A DNA stretch of 64,000 nucleotides from the NCBI GenBank assembly GCA_964016885.1, contig OZ024745.1, forward strand, positions 29,326,001-29,390,000, written 5' to 3'. The notes below the pieces were generated by a model. The model had not been told where the DNA came from, searched no databases, and saw nothing but the letters and a program-made list of their open reading frames with translations. Position numbers and translations under genes: made by a program. Below are positions 27,229 to 41,145 of this stretch, piece after piece (position 1 is the stretch's first letter; every line of letters starts with the position of its first letter). The DNA comes from Eledone cirrhosa (Eukaryota).

Positions 27229-29070
27229 GCTGTTGTTATTGCTGCTGTTGTTGTTGCTGCTACTGTTGTTGTTGTTGCTACTGTTGTGTTGTTGCTACTG
27301 TTGTTGTTGTTGTTGCTACTGTTGTTGTTGTTGTTGCTACTGTTGTTGTTGTTGCTACTGTTGTTGTTGTTGTTGCTACTGTTGTTGTTGTTGCTACTGT
27401 TGTTGTTGCTACTGTTGTTGTTGTTGCTACTGTTGTTGTTGCTGCTACTGTTGTTGTTGCTACTGTTGTGGTTGTTGCTATTGTTGTTGTTGCTGGTACT
27501 GTTGTTGTTGCTGTTGTTGCTGTTGTTGTTGTTGTTGATACTGTTGTGGTTGTTGCTCCTACTGTTGTTGTTGTTGTTGATACTGTTGTTGTTGTTGTTG
27601 CTACTGTTGTTGTTGCTACTGTTGTGGTTGTTGCTATTGTTGTTGTTGTTGATACTGTTGTTGTTGATACTGTTGTTGTTGTTGCTACTGCTGTTGTTGT
27701 TGCTACTGTTGTTGTTGTTGCTACTGTTGCTGTTGCTACTGTTGTTGTTGTTGCTACTGTTGCTGTTGTTGCTACTGTTGTTGTTGCTACTGTTGTTGTT
27801 GTTGCTACTGTTGTTGTTGTTGCTACTGTTGTTGCTGCTGCTGTTGTTGTTGTTGCTACTGTTGTTGTTGTTGCTACTGTTGTTGTTTTTGTTGCTACTG
27901 TTGCTGTTGCTACTGTTGTGGTTGTTGCTATTGTTGTTGTTGTTGCTACTGTTGTTGCTGCTACTGTTGTTGTTGCTACTGTTGTTGTTGTTGCTACTGT
28001 TGTTGCTGCTACTGTTGTTGTTGTTGCTACTGTTGTTGCTGCTACTGTTGTTGTTGCTACTGTTGTTGTTGTTGCTACTGTTGTTGCTGCTACTGTTGTT
28101 GTTGCTGCTACTGTTGTTGTTGTTGCTACTGTTGTGGTTGTTGCTACTGTTGTTGCTGCTACTGTTGTTGTTGTTGTTGCTACCGTTGTTGTTGTTGCTA
28201 TTGTTGTTGTTGCTGCTACTGTTGTTGTTGTTGCTATTGTTGTTGTTGCTTCTACTGTTGTTGTTGTTGCTACTGTTGTTGTTGTTGCTACTGCTGTTGT
28301 TGTTGCTACTGTTGTTGTTGTTGCTACTGTTGCTGTTGCTACTGTTGTTGTTGTTGCTACTGTTGCTGTTGTTGCTACTGTTGTTGTTGCTACTGTTGTT
28401 GTTGTTGCTACTGTTGTTGCTGCTGCTGTTGTTGTTGTTGCTACTGTTGTTGTTGTTGCTACTGTTGTTGTTGTTGCTACTGTTGTTGTTTTTGTTGCTA
28501 CTGTTGCTGTTGCTACTGTTGTGGTTGTTGCTATTGTTGTTGTTGTTGCTACTGTTGTTGCTGCTACTGTTGTTGTTGCTACTGTTGTTGTTGTTGCTAC
28601 TGTTGTTATTGTTGCTACTGTTGTTGTTTTTGTTGCTACTGTTGCTGTTGCTACTGTTGTGGTTGTTGCTATTGTTGTTGTTGTTGCTACTGTTGCTGTT
28701 GTTGCTACTGTTGTTATTGTTGCTATTGTTGTTGTTGTTGCTACTGTTGCTGTTGTTGCTACTGTTGTTGTTGTTGCTACTGTTGCTGTTGTTGCTACTG
28801 TTGTTGTTGCTACTGTTGCTGTTGTTGCTACTGTTGTTGTTGTTGCTATTGTTGTTGCTACTACTGTCATTGTTGTTGTCACTGTTGTTGTTGCTACTAC
28901 TGTCATTGTTGTTGTCACTGTTGTTGTTGTCATTGTTGTTGTTGTTGTTGTCACTGTTGTTGTTGTCACTGTTATTGTTGCTACTACTGTCACTGTTGTT
29001 CTTGTCATTGTTGTTGTTCTCACTGTGTTGTTGTTGTCACTGTTGTTGTCACTGTTGTTGCTATTACAAG
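26368..29070. repeat. Compound trinucleotide array (GTG/GTT grading to GTT/GCT/ACT)
   Basis: Low-complexity triplets giving poly-V, poly-L, poly-C and poly-T translations. Begins immediately after the splice donor, so it is intronic. Confidence 0.95.
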
Positions 29071-29164
29071 ATATTGAAAGTGTCAGCAAACAGCTGCCAA
29101 AAATACCACAGAAATTCTTCAAAAAACCAAACAACTGTGATAAACCTAGACACAATGACAGTGA

Positions 29165-29740
29165 TATGGTGGTGGTAGGAGTGATATGGTGGTGGTAGGA
29201 GTGATGGTGGTGGTGGTAGTATTGGTAATGGTAGTGGTGTTGGTGGTGGTGTTGTTGGTGTTAGTGTTGGTGGTATTGGTGTTGGTGGTAGGTGTGATGG
29301 TGGTGGTAATGGTAGTGGTGTTGGTGTTGTTGGTGTTAGTGTTGGTGGTATTGGTGTTGGTGGTAGGTGTGATGGTGGTAGTATTGGTAATAGTAGTGGT
29401 GTTGGTGGCGGTATTGGTGGTGTTGGTGTTACTATTGGTGGTGTTGGTGGTAGGTGTGATGGTGGTGGTAGTATTGGTAATGGTAGTGGTGTTGGTGGCG
29501 GTATTGGTGGTGTTGGTGTTAGTGTTGGTGGTAGGTGTGATGCTAGTGGTAGTATTGGCAATGGTAGTGGTGTTGGTGGTGGTATTGGTGGTGTTGGTGT
29601 TAGTGTTGGTGGTGTTGGTAGTATTGGTAATGGTAGTGGTGTTGGTGGCGGTATTGGTGGTGTTGGTGTTGTTGGTGTTGGTGCTATTGGTGTTGGTGGT
29701 AGTATTGGTAATGGTAGTGGTGTTGGTGGTGGTGTTGGCA
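29165..29740. repeat. Degenerate (GGT/GTT)n trinucleotide array
   Basis: Low-complexity G/T triplets with internal block duplications. Confidence 0.9.
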
Positions 29741-29767
29741 TCAAAAGTGCATGTATAGTACATAGAA

Positions 29768-29949
29768 TAATTGTTTCTATTTTTGGCACAAGGCCAGCAA
29801 TTATCTGAGTGCATTACTGGTACTTTATTTCATCGACCCCATAAGGATGAAAGGCAAAGTTAACCTCGGCAGGATTTAAACTCGGACCATGAAGGGCCGT
29901 AACTCTATGTTGCAAAGCATGGCGTCCGACCCTCTACCGATACTGTCAA
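29768..29949 (-). mobile_element. SINE family B copy
   Basis: Collinear with 5984-6168 (…CTGGTACTTTATTTCATCGACCCCATAAGGATGAAAGGCAAAGTTAACCTCGGC…). Confidence 0.85.
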
Positions 29950-30333
29950 GTCAGGAAAGTGAACAGTATATGAGTCATGGTATACACACTGACACACACA
30001 TGTATGTGTGTGTTTGAAGGGGGAATATCAGGTGTAGTGTTGGCGAATTTTAGGAAGCATGGAAGTTTTGAAGGATGCATTGGTACCAACAATGTGAAGG
30101 CCAATGGAAACAGTTTCTTTGGATTGCTCTGACAATTTGTTCCTTTTCCTTTTCCTTTTTTGTTGTTGCTAGTAATATATTCAGATTTATTCATATTTAC
30201 TTTTAGGTGCAGTAATTTCAAAACAAACCTATAAAATACATTGAAATTGTTTGAAACTGTTGTTGTTGCAAATTCTTTTACAATGGTTTTTGTTGCTAGT
30301 AATTTATTCAAATTTATTCATATTTACTTCCAG

Positions 30334-30843
30334 ATACAATATTTCCAAAATACAACCATAAAACGCATCCGAATCACTTGAAACTAGTGAAACTCAAACA
30401 TTCTAAGGACTCAACGTCATGGCATAACCCTATAATCCTAGAGGAGGAAAAGGTCAAGAACGGACCTTGGATTAGACCTAATCTGCAGGATTCTATAGAA
30501 CAGGTGGCGAGGACAAACTCTATCTCGAGGACACTACATTTGAATGCAGAAAGAGACCAGATTAAAACAAATAAACATACTTACAGAGAACCCCACTCCA
30601 AAGAAAACAGTTTTGACAGTGAGTGGGTAGAAAACCCGAATAGCGAGGAAGAGATTTCATTTCCAGTGCAGGTTCCTGAAAACGCAAATGGAATTGATAA
30701 AGATCTTGTGCAGTCGTACAGATCTGAAGGTTCCATTGTGAATGAGGACAAGAATGAGACTTCGAACAACCCCAGTGCTGAGAAACATAAACAGAAAGTT
30801 GATGAATCAGGATATATACCAATGCACGATATTTATTTTATTG
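30334..30843 (+). CDS. NPDC1: Internal exon (510 nt, phase 1-1) of the NPDC1-like gene, acidic/polar luminal region: DTIFPKYNHK…DESGYIPMHDIYFI
   Basis: Acceptor TATTTACTTCCAG and donor ATTG|GTAAGT. 170 non-repetitive open codons matching ORF 30378-30854. Joins in frame to the TM exon at 55587. Confidence 0.85.
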
Positions 30844-31035
30844 GTAAGTCTTGATTACTTTTCATCACACACACACTCCACTCCTTTAACACACTACTCC
30901 TTTCACACTCCATTCCTTTCACACTTCACTTCTTTCACACTTCATTCAACTCTCACTCCACTCCAATCCACTCACTCTACTCTATTCTCACTCTGCTCTC
31001 ACTCCACTCACAACTATATATATATATATATATAT

Positions 31036-31378
31036 GGAGGCACATGGGTTAGTGGTTAGAGCATTGGCCTTGCAATCGAAAGGTTGTGAGTTCAATTCTC
31101 AGACCAGGTGATGTGTTGTTTCCTTGAACAAGACACTTTATTTCACATTGCTCCAGTTTACTCAGCTGTAGAACTGAGATGATAGGAACTGGGGTCCCTA
31201 TCATTCCACTGCAGAGTGGTCGTGGAGGTGCCACGGAAAAAAAGCACCCAGCACTCACTGTAACTGAGGTTGGTGTTAGGAAGGGGATCCAGCTGTAGAA
31301 ATCAAGCCAGAATCAGTTCCCGTCCCTCCCTTGCAAGCAGGGAAAAGCGGATGTAAAATGAAATGATGATGATGATGA
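31036..31378 (+). mobile_element. SINE family A, full-length copy flanked by (TA)n
   Basis: GGAGGCACATGGGTTAGTGGTTAGAGC head, B box GAGTTCAATTC, RTE-like tail GCAAGCAGGGAAAAGCGGATGTAAAA(TGA)n. Confidence 0.88.
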
Positions 31379-31391
31379 TATATATATATAT

Positions 31392-32360
31392 CAAAGACTG
31401 GAAAAATGGGGTTAGCAGAGACCAGTAAATTGAGATGTTGTTGAGGAAAAATGTGTTAGAAATGACACTGGTACACTTAGCACCATTGATGCCCAAAACA
31501 AAGAGGTCTGGATATGTTACTATGGGAGATTGATGAGTGTAGAGAATGAATGGGAGGAATAGAAAGTAACCCCAACTTATCCAACAGAAGGACCAGCTGT
31601 TGAAGTTGACAGTTATAGGGTCAAAGAATCAATCAAAGAGATGAAGAATGGTAAAGCTGTGGGACCATCAGAGATAGTTGCTGAGATGCTAAAAGCATTG
31701 GGAGAAGGATTTGAACTAGTAACCCGCATAGTCAATCAGGTAATAGAGGATGGTGTCATACCCAATAACTGATGCAGCAGTACAATCATAATTTGCTACA
31801 AGGGCAAAGTGTTGCTCTAGAAAAGAGAAACTACAGAGGAATAAAACTAATGAACCAAGATATGAAAGTGACAGAAAGATTTATAGCACAACATATTAGG
31901 GAAAGAGTCAAATTAGATGAGATGCAGTTTGGTTTCATGCCTGGAAAAAATACTAAAGATGCTACCTTCTTAGTGAGGCAACTATAAGAGAAGTTCTAGC
32001 CAAGAATAGTCCATTATTTTTAGCTTTTGTAGAAGAATGACCTGTGAGAGAGCAGTGCACACCATGTACAGAAGAGAGTAAAGTGAGAGTAGGAAGTGAA
32101 TTTAGTGAGGAATTCAAGGTACCTCAAGGTTCAGTTCTTAGCCCACTGCTGTTCATCATAGTTCTCCAGGCCGTAACAGAGGAGTTTAAAACTGGCTGTC
32201 CATGGCAACTTCTCTATGTAGATGATTTGGTCCTTAGAGCTGAATCCATAAAAGAACTAAAAAATAAGTTCTGACTATGGAAACGGAATTTGGAATCAAA
32301 GGACCTGTCCAACCCATGCAAGCGTGGAAAAATGGATGTAAAAATAATGATGATGATGAA
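31392..32360 (+). mobile_element. Decayed, internally deleted RTE LINE
   Basis: Fragments NYRGIKLM…LDEMQFGFMPGK and PQGSVLSPLLF…LLYVDDL with stops and frameshifts. Jumps directly to the 3' tail CCAACCCATGCAAGCGTGGAAAAATGGATGTAAAA(TGA)n. Confidence 0.88.
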
Positions 32361-32664
32361 TACATGATATAAATTCCATTGGTGAATTCTGATTACTCCC
32401 TCCTTTGATCCAGTGTAACATCCAAGATGTAAATACCACCACCACCACCACAACCACCACAAACAACAGCATCACAAACAGCAACACCACCACCACCACC
32501 ACTATCCCTACCACCACCACCACCACCACCACAATAAAATAATAATAATGACAAAGAAGCTATTGAAAGTCAGCCATTTAGAAAATGTTTGAATGAAGGA
32601 GTTATAGTATGTTAGCTATTTAATGTAGATCACCCTATTGATTAAACCTATTCAACACTACTGT

Positions 32665-32953
32665 GGTGTGTGTATATATGTGTGCGTATATGTATGTATA
32701 TGTGTGTATATGTGCCTGTACATATATTTGTGTATATATATGTATGTATATATGTTTGTGTATGTATATATGTGTGTGTATGTATATATGTGTCTGTATG
32801 CATATGTGTGTATGTATATATATATATGTGTGTGTGTGTATGTGTGTGTATATATATATGTGTGTGTATATATATGTGTGTGTATATATATGTGTGTGTG
32901 TGTGAGTATAACTGTACCGATTGTGTTGTTATTTCTGTTTACTTTTTACATAC

Positions 32954-32985
<32 letters not shown>

Positions 32986-32999
32986 ATATATATATGTAC

Positions 33000-33031
<32 letters not shown>

Positions 33032-33045
33032 ATATGTATGTGCGT
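32665..33045. repeat. (TG)/(TA) compound microsatellite
   Basis: Direct inspection. Confidence 0.9.
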
Positions 33046-33271
33046 TGACTGAATGACAGCGATTCACCAACAACAATGAAAGACATTTGCAAATCACTTT
33101 ATACAGTGAAACATCCATGGAAGCACTGTCTACTGTTATTGATATATATGTACATATATATATATGTGTATATATGTATGTATATTGTGTTGACTACTGT
33201 ATCTCTTTGACTATTATACAACCACAGATTCTGAAGTTAAAAAAATAAACAGGAATAAATTACATTAATAC

Positions 33272-34599
33272 TAAGGTTGCAGCATCAGCCATTTAACTGA
33301 TTAATCGGCATTGGCTCGTTTTGCCGATTGATTGGTTTTTAACAATCGGTAGATTTTGTTTTGGAGCAAAAAAAGAAAAAAAAACAAAACATGGTTGACT
33401 GAGAAATTTTGAAATCTTGGGTAATGACCGAAAGAATATGATTGCGAATACAAGTGGCCAAAATGGGGTTCATCTGAAGGGTCTTTGGAGTAACATTACT
33501 CAATAGAGTGCATAGCTTGGAGATCAGAGAGTTGCTCCAGGTAGAGCCACTACTCTGAATTGAGAGATCACATCTCTGATACTATGGCATGTGGTTAGAA
33601 TGTCTTAGGAAAGAATCGCTGGACAGATTTTATGGGCAAAACCAATCAACAGGAGAACCAGGGGTAACCTCGAGCAAAATGGTTGGATAACATCCAACCA
33701 CTGGTCTTGCTTGAGGATCCAGCAAGATCAGTTGGAGATGGTTGCTTCTGACAGGACCCGCTGGAAGGAGTGTTTGAGGACTCTGCCCCCATGACCCTCC
33801 CAGGAATAAGTGGACAAAAAAGAAGAAAAGATTAGATTTAACATGTAGTAATACTACATAGGAAACATATTATTTCCTAAGACACATGATCTAAGGCCAC
33901 CAGTGTAATATAACTCTATTCTTCGTGCTTCTTCAATTTGCTGGTCGACACAACTGGAAATTATGGGAACTCCAAGCCAGCATAACTCACTATAGGTCAA
34001 AGTAGAAGAGAGAGACTTTCGAGACCCTCCTACCTACCTGTGAGAATTTGTGTTTAATTGATCTTTTGAAAAAGAATTAATTTTAAAATTATAAGAATTC
34101 TGATTATATGTTTACTTGTATGTATGGACCTGTAACTTCCGTGGGAGGGCATTTTTTTAAAAATCTGGTAGAGCCCATCTTCTTCCGAGGAGATATTTAT
34201 TTAAAGGTAATCAAAAATTTTCCAGTAACAATGATTCTGTTATCTTAACTTCTTCAAACAAAATATAAAATTTAATGATCAAATTTAAGAACTCATAAAT
34301 TATAATGTAAAAACCTCAAAATTTCTCCAATCTCAAACAATAGCTAATTACTTGCAGACTTATATATGTTACCTCCTGGAGTAAAATCAGCCAATTTTGT
34401 TATCATGTACTCTCAAATAGTAGTTCTATAATTGTGACTAATTATGAAATATTTTACTTAAAATTAATTATAATACACATTTTCATATCACAATACATAA
34501 TTACATTATAGATAATTGGTAGCCAATTAATCAATATCGACTGGTATGGTAAGACCAATTAATTGGTAATTGGCCAATTTGCCTATCAGTGCATCCCTG
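33272..34599. mobile_element. Possible degenerate hAT-like non-autonomous DNA transposon
   Basis: The right end …ATCAGTGCATCCCTG resembles AGGGATGCACCGAT-type TIRs. Both ends have clusters of AATCGG/AATTGG subterminal repeats. The left TIR is degenerate and no TSD was confirmed. Confidence 0.3.
33430..33830 (+). mobile_element. Old Expander/Rex3-like RTE 3' fragment
   Basis: Decayed C-terminal RT-LINE motifs (LEIRELLQ…IERSHL.YYG…RRTRG…W). End CTGCCCCCATGACCCTCCCAGGAATAAGTGGACAAAAAAGAAG resembles Expander/Rex3 termini. Confidence 0.6.
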
Positions 34600-35302
34600 T
34601 AAAATATGATCCCAGAGTACAGTCAAGTCTATATAAATGTGTTTGTAAATTATTACCATGTTATCCATCAAAATCTTGATCTTACATAGATTTCACTACA
34701 ATATCCACCACAAGTTTCTCACAACAAAACCAACTGATGTTATGTAGTTCTTTTATTAATATATTCTATCAGTTTCCTGTCTTTGAGACCAACATTGTTC
34801 AATTACACTGATTCCCAAATAATAAATATTGCCAATATATCAAATACCATTTGTAAATAATTGTTATCAACACATATTTGTAATCTTGCCATTCGAAACG
34901 AGTATTTTTAAGATCAGTAAACATTTCTGGAAATATGTACATGTATATATTACACCCAGATTATTTTGCTATTAATATTCAAAATACACAGTGAGTGGGG
35001 GGGGGGGGGGGGGGAGGGGACACAGTAAATCTCAATTATTTACCAACAACAATGACAGATTGTTATTCTTCTATTCTTTTACTGGTTTTAGTCTTCTACA
35101 CACACACTCACACATATAATTATACATACATGAATGTGATGTTACTAGTTAAAACCAGACAGACCATTATTCAACTTAGTACTCCATACTTAAGGAAAGT
35201 AGAGTGTAGATATTATTATAGGGTATAATGCCTGTCAAAAGCTGCTCACACGGTTTCAATGGTTAAACCCATTTTAAGCTTGTCTGTTAGGCATTATATT
35301 TG

Positions 35303-35345
<43 letters not shown>

Positions 35346-35427
35346 TGTGTGTAAAAGAAATAACAAAAGCTATGGCATAATACATGGAAGAAATATATTA
35401 GTTTAACGCTTGAAATAGCAGGAAGAG

Positions 35428-35466
35428 AGTCTGAACGTTTTGGAAACTAGTCCTTCATCAGAAGAT
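35428..35466 (-). ncRNA. Degenerate minimal type I hammerhead ribozyme motif (Penelope-type)
   Basis: Minus strand CTTCTGATGA-AGGA-CTAGTT-TCC-AAAAC-GTT-CAGAC. The GAAAC box is mutated to AAAAC. Same family as 55357 and 58964. Confidence 0.45.
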
Positions 35467-35789
35467 AGTTAGAAATAGAAGATAAATAGAAAGTAAAAAG
35501 TGATAAGAGAAAGGAATGGGGAAAATGAGAAAAAAAGTGGGGAGAAAAAACATATACGTGCATATTCAGTCATACACGTGCATATTCACACATACACACA
35601 CACATACATGTATGTATATATTTATTGGCAAAATTGGCAACATGACCATCCTCAAATATGACAATATCATCATCACTCCTTCATATTCAGCCTATGGACT
35701 TTTCAGTCAACCCTTGTATGTTAATATTACAGTGTCATATTTATCTGCCATATTCTGGTCACAAGGCATTGGTTAACCCAAGGTTAGGG

Positions 35790-35886
35790 TAAGAAATACT
35801 TGCCCAAGGTGCCATGTAGTGGGAATCAATCTGAAACTATGTGGCTGTGAAGCTATCTTTTTCACCATACAGACATGCCTGCACCT
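35790..35886 (-). mobile_element. Degenerate tRNA-derived SINE head (third family)
   Basis: Minus strand AGGTGCAGGCATGTCTGTATGGTGAAAAAGATAGCTT…CCACATAGTTTCAGATTGATTCCCACTACATGGCACCTTGGGCAAGTATTTCT. Confidence 0.55.
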
Positions 35887-35912
35887 TATTAAACCTAGCA
35901 AACACTACTGGA

Positions 35913-36006
<94 letters not shown>

Positions 36007-36384
36007 TGTATTGACTAAATCACAGCGATTCACCAACAACAATGAAAGACATTTACGAAGTACTTTACACAGTGAAACAACTATGGAAGCACCTATTTCT
36101 GTGATTCTGGTTTTAAAGTGTTCAGGAAGAAAGAAAAAAAATACTAAATGTCTCAGCTACTTCTACAGAAATCAACTGACATGAAGAATTCTATTACAAT
36201 TATTGGATTCTTTTGGTGGATTTTGGTCTTTTTCTTTTCCATTTTTCTCCATTTTGATTTCTTCTTTGGAATCAGAAGTTCACTGAAATATTTGTTTTCT
36301 TTCGGAATATTTTCTTATGTCTTTTTTAGTGATTCTGAATGGGTTGTATGTTGCTATAAATTCATATATTTGCAGTTGATAGCA

Positions 36385-36965
36385 TGATGATGATCATCGT
36401 CATTGTTGTCATGATTTTTGTCATCATCATCATCATCATTGTCATCATCATGATCATCATCACATCACTTCTTGCATGTTTACATGGGTTGAACAGGTCC
36501 TCTCCAAAACAACAATTTAATGTTCAGCACCATGAGATCAACACAAACTACTGCCCTCATCTATCTTGGTATTCATCTTCCACAGCTTCTGTCCACTTGC
36601 AACTCAATCCATACATGACATGACTATAACAACGCAGTCTTCACTCTTGCACAACTCCAATTAAATGCAGTTTTTCTCTCGACTCATCTTTGCTTTCTCA
36701 TTCATTGCACATCCAGCACAGTATGTTTACTTTGTTTCTTTCCAACCTTCCTATATCCTCAACATTTACTGACTGTGTCTCATTTTCATGCAACATTGCA
36801 CTTTGTACACTGGCATCAAACTATTTACTCGTCACTTTGTTGCCAGCAAAGGTAACAACACCCTGAACTTTTTCCCCCTTATTCATATTCTAGCTCTCAT
36901 ACTTTCAGAGCACTCTCTTCTATTGATAATTAGGTCACCCAAATAACAGAAGCTATCAGCTACTT
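36385..36965 (-). mobile_element. Highly decayed RTE LINE 3' fragment
   Basis: Minus strand shows remnants of DSFCYLGDLI…ESMRARI…KKFR.LLPLLATK and CKSEDCV/RLR.Y.HV, with a (GAT)n tail. Confidence 0.75.
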
Positions 36966-37059
36966 ATTTTCTTAATATTTATTGTACAAACATGTTGGTA
37001 GTCTTTTTTTCAACTTAGATATAAATGATTAAATCCTACCCAACACTACTAACTTCATC

Positions 37060-39012
37060 CCTACCATCACCACCATACCACTACCAGTCCCCCTACCATC
37101 ACCACCATACCACTACCAACACCCCTACCATCACCACCATACCACTACCAGTCCCCCTACCATCACCACCATACCACTACCAGCCCCCCTACCATCACCA
37201 CCATACCACTACCAGCACCCTTACCATCACCACCATACCAGTACCAGTCCCCCTACCATCACCACCATACCACTACCAACACCCCTACCATCACCACCAT
37301 ACCACTACCAGTACCCCTACCATCACCACTACCAGTACCCCTACCATCACCACCATACCACTACCAGTACCCCTACCATCACCACCATACCACTACCAGT
37401 ACCCCTACCATCACCACCATACCACTACCAGTACCCCTACCATCACCACCATACCACTACCAGTCCCCCTACCATCACCACCATACCACTACCAGCACCC
37501 CTACCATCACCACCATACCACTACCAGTACCCCTACCATCACCACTACCAGTACCCCTACCATCACCACCATACCACTACCAGTACCCCTACCATCACCA
37601 CCATACCACTACCAGTACCCCTACCATCACCACCATACCACTACCAGCACCCCTACCATCACCACCATACCACTACCAGCACCCCTACCATCACCACCAT
37701 ACCACTACCAGTACCCCTACCATCACCACCATACCACTACCAGCACCCCTACCATCACCACCATACCACTACCAGCACCCCTACCATCACCACCATACCA
37801 CTACCAGCACCCCTACCATCACCACCATACCACTACTAGCACCCCTACCATCACCACCATACCACTACCAGCACCCCTACCATCACCACCATACCACTAC
37901 CAGCACCCCTACCATCACCACCATACCACTACCAGCACCCCTACCATCACCACCATACCACTACCAGTACCCCTACCATCACCACCATACCACTACCAGT
38001 ACCCCTACCATCACCACCATACCACTACCACTCCCCCTACCATCACCACCATACCACTACCAGTACCCCTACCATCACCACCATACCACTACCAGTCCCC
38101 CTACCATCACCACCATTCCACTACCAGCACCCCTACCATCACCACCATACCACTACCAGTACCCCTACCATCACCACCATACCACCACCACTCCCCCTAC
38201 CATCACCACCATACCACTACCAGTACCCCTACCATCACCACCATACCACTACCAGTACCCCTACCATCACCACCATACCACTACCAGTACCCCTACCATC
38301 ACCACCATACCACTACCACTCCCCCTACCATCACCACCATACCACTACCAGTACCCCTACCATCACCACCATACCACTACCAGTCCCCCTACCATCACCA
38401 CCATACCACTACCAGCACCCCTACCATCACCATCATACCACTACCACCACCCCTACCATCACCACCATACCACTACCAGCACCCCTACCATCACCACCAT
38501 ACCACTACCAGCACCCCTACCATCACCACCATACCACTACCAGCACTCCTACCATCACCACCATACCACTACCAGTACCCCTACCATCACCACCATACCA
38601 CTGCCAGCACCCCTACCATCACCACCATACCACTACCAGCACCCCTACCATCACCACCATACCACTACCAGCACCCCTACCATCACCACCATACCACTAC
38701 CAGCACCCCTACCATCACCACCATACCACTACCAGCACTCCTACCATCACCACCATACCACTACCAGTCCCCCTACCATCACCACCATACCACTACCAGC
38801 ACCCCTACCATCACCACCATACCACTACCAGCACTCCTACCATCACCACCATACCACTACCAGTCCCCCTACCATCACCACCATACCACTACCAGCACTC
38901 TACCATCACAACCATACCACTACCAGCACCCCTACCATCACCACCATACCATTACCAGCACCCCTACCATCACCACCATACCACTACCAGCACCCCTACC
39001 ATCACCACCATA
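37060..39012. repeat. 32-bp minisatellite (CCCCTACCATCACCACCATACCACTACCAGYA), ~60 units
   Basis: The 32-aa (96-nt, 3-unit) periodicity of ORF 37025-39013 gives the unit size. Confidence 0.95.
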
Positions 39013-41145
39013 ACCACTACCATATTATCATTGCTCTATACAACCACACCACCACCACTATAACATCTCAACCACCATACCACAATACCACCACCGCCAC
39101 CATACCACCACCACCACCATACCACCACCACCACCACCATACCACCACATCACTATCACCACTATATCATCTCAACCACCACATCACCATCACCGCTATA
39201 TCATCTCAACCCCTATACCACCACCACCACCACCACCACCACCCCCACCACATCACCACCACCGCCACGCCCACCATACCACCACCACCACTACATCACC
39301 ACATCACCACCACCACCACACCACCACCACCACACCACCACCACAACCACCATACCACCACCACATCACCACCACCACCACATCACCACCACCACCACAT
39401 CATTACCACCACTACCGCCACCACATCATCACTACCACCACATCACCACCAGCACCACATCACCACCACAGCCACCATACCACCACCACCACACTACCAC
39501 CACATGACCACTACCACCACGGCCAGTATACTACCACCACCACACCACTACCACCACCACCACATCACCACCACCACCACTGCCACACCACCACCACATC
39601 ACCACTACCACCACGGCCAGCATACTACCACCACCACACCACTACCACCACCACATCACCACCACGGCCACCATACCACCACCACCACACCACCACCACC
39701 ACACCACCACCACCACCACATCACCACCACCACCACCACACCACCACCACCACACCACCACCACCACATCACCACCACCACCACGGCCAGCATACTACCA
39801 CCACCACACCACTACTATCACCACCACGGCCACCAAACCACCATTACCACCACCACACCATGACCACATCACCACTACCACCACGGCCAGCATACTACCA
39901 CCACCACACCACTACCACCACCACCACATCACCACCCACCACCACCATATCACCACCACGACCACCATACCACCACCACCACACCACCACCACCACCACA
40001 CCACCACCACCACAACCACACCACCACTACCACACCACCACTACCACTACCACATCATCACCACCACCACATCACCACCACCATATCATCACCACCATGG
40101 CCACCATACCACCACCACCACCACCACACCACCACCACATCACCACTACCACCACGGCCAGCATACTATCACCACCACTACCACCACCACCACATCATCA
40201 CCACATCACCACTACCACATCATCACCACCACGGCCACCACCGCCACACCACCACCACCGCCACACCACCACCACCACCACCACCACCACCACCACCACC
40301 ACCACCACCACACCACCACCACTGCCACACCACCACCACCACCACATCACCACCACCACCACGGCCAACATACTACCACCACCACACCACTACCACCACC
40401 ACCACATCACCACCACCACCACACCACCACCACCACCACCACACCACCACCACACCACCACCACTGCCACACCACCACCACCACTGCCACACCACCACCA
40501 CCACTGCCACACCACCACCACCACCACATCACCACCACCACCATGGTCAACATACTACCACCACCACACCACTACCATCACCACCACGGCCACCAAACCA
40601 CCATTACCACCACCACACCACCACCACCACCACATCACCACATCATCACCACCACGGCCACCACCGCCACACCACCACCACCACATCACCACCACCACCA
40701 CCACATCACCACCACCACCACACCACCACCACCACATCATCACCACCACGGCCACCATACCACCACCACCCCCACCACCACCACCACGGCCACCATACCA
40801 CCACCACCACCACCAGCACCACCACCACAGCCACCATACCACCACCACCACCACCACCACCACAGCCACCATACCACCACCACCACCACCACCATACCAC
40901 CACCACCACCACCACCATACCACCACCATCACCACCACGGCCACCATACCACCACGGCCACCATACCACCACCACCACCACGGCCACCATACCACCACCA
41001 CCACGGCCACCACCACCACATCATCACCACATCACCATCACCGCCACCATACCACCACCACCACCACCACATCATCACCACATCACCACCACAACCACCA
41101 TACCACCACCACCACCACCACCATCACCACCACCACACCACCACA
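39013..41145. repeat. Degenerate (CAC)n low-complexity array
   Basis: Direct inspection; poly-H/T/P translations. Confidence 0.93.

Noticed and set aside
26368-29814. Poly-Val/Leu ORF (936 aa) and Thr-rich mucin-like ORFs
   Set aside because: Trinucleotide microsatellite starting just after a GTGAGT donor, open in most frames on both strands.
31036-31110. tRNA gene
   Set aside because: A and B boxes are present, but the sequence continues into a SINE body and LINE tail and does not close an acceptor stem.
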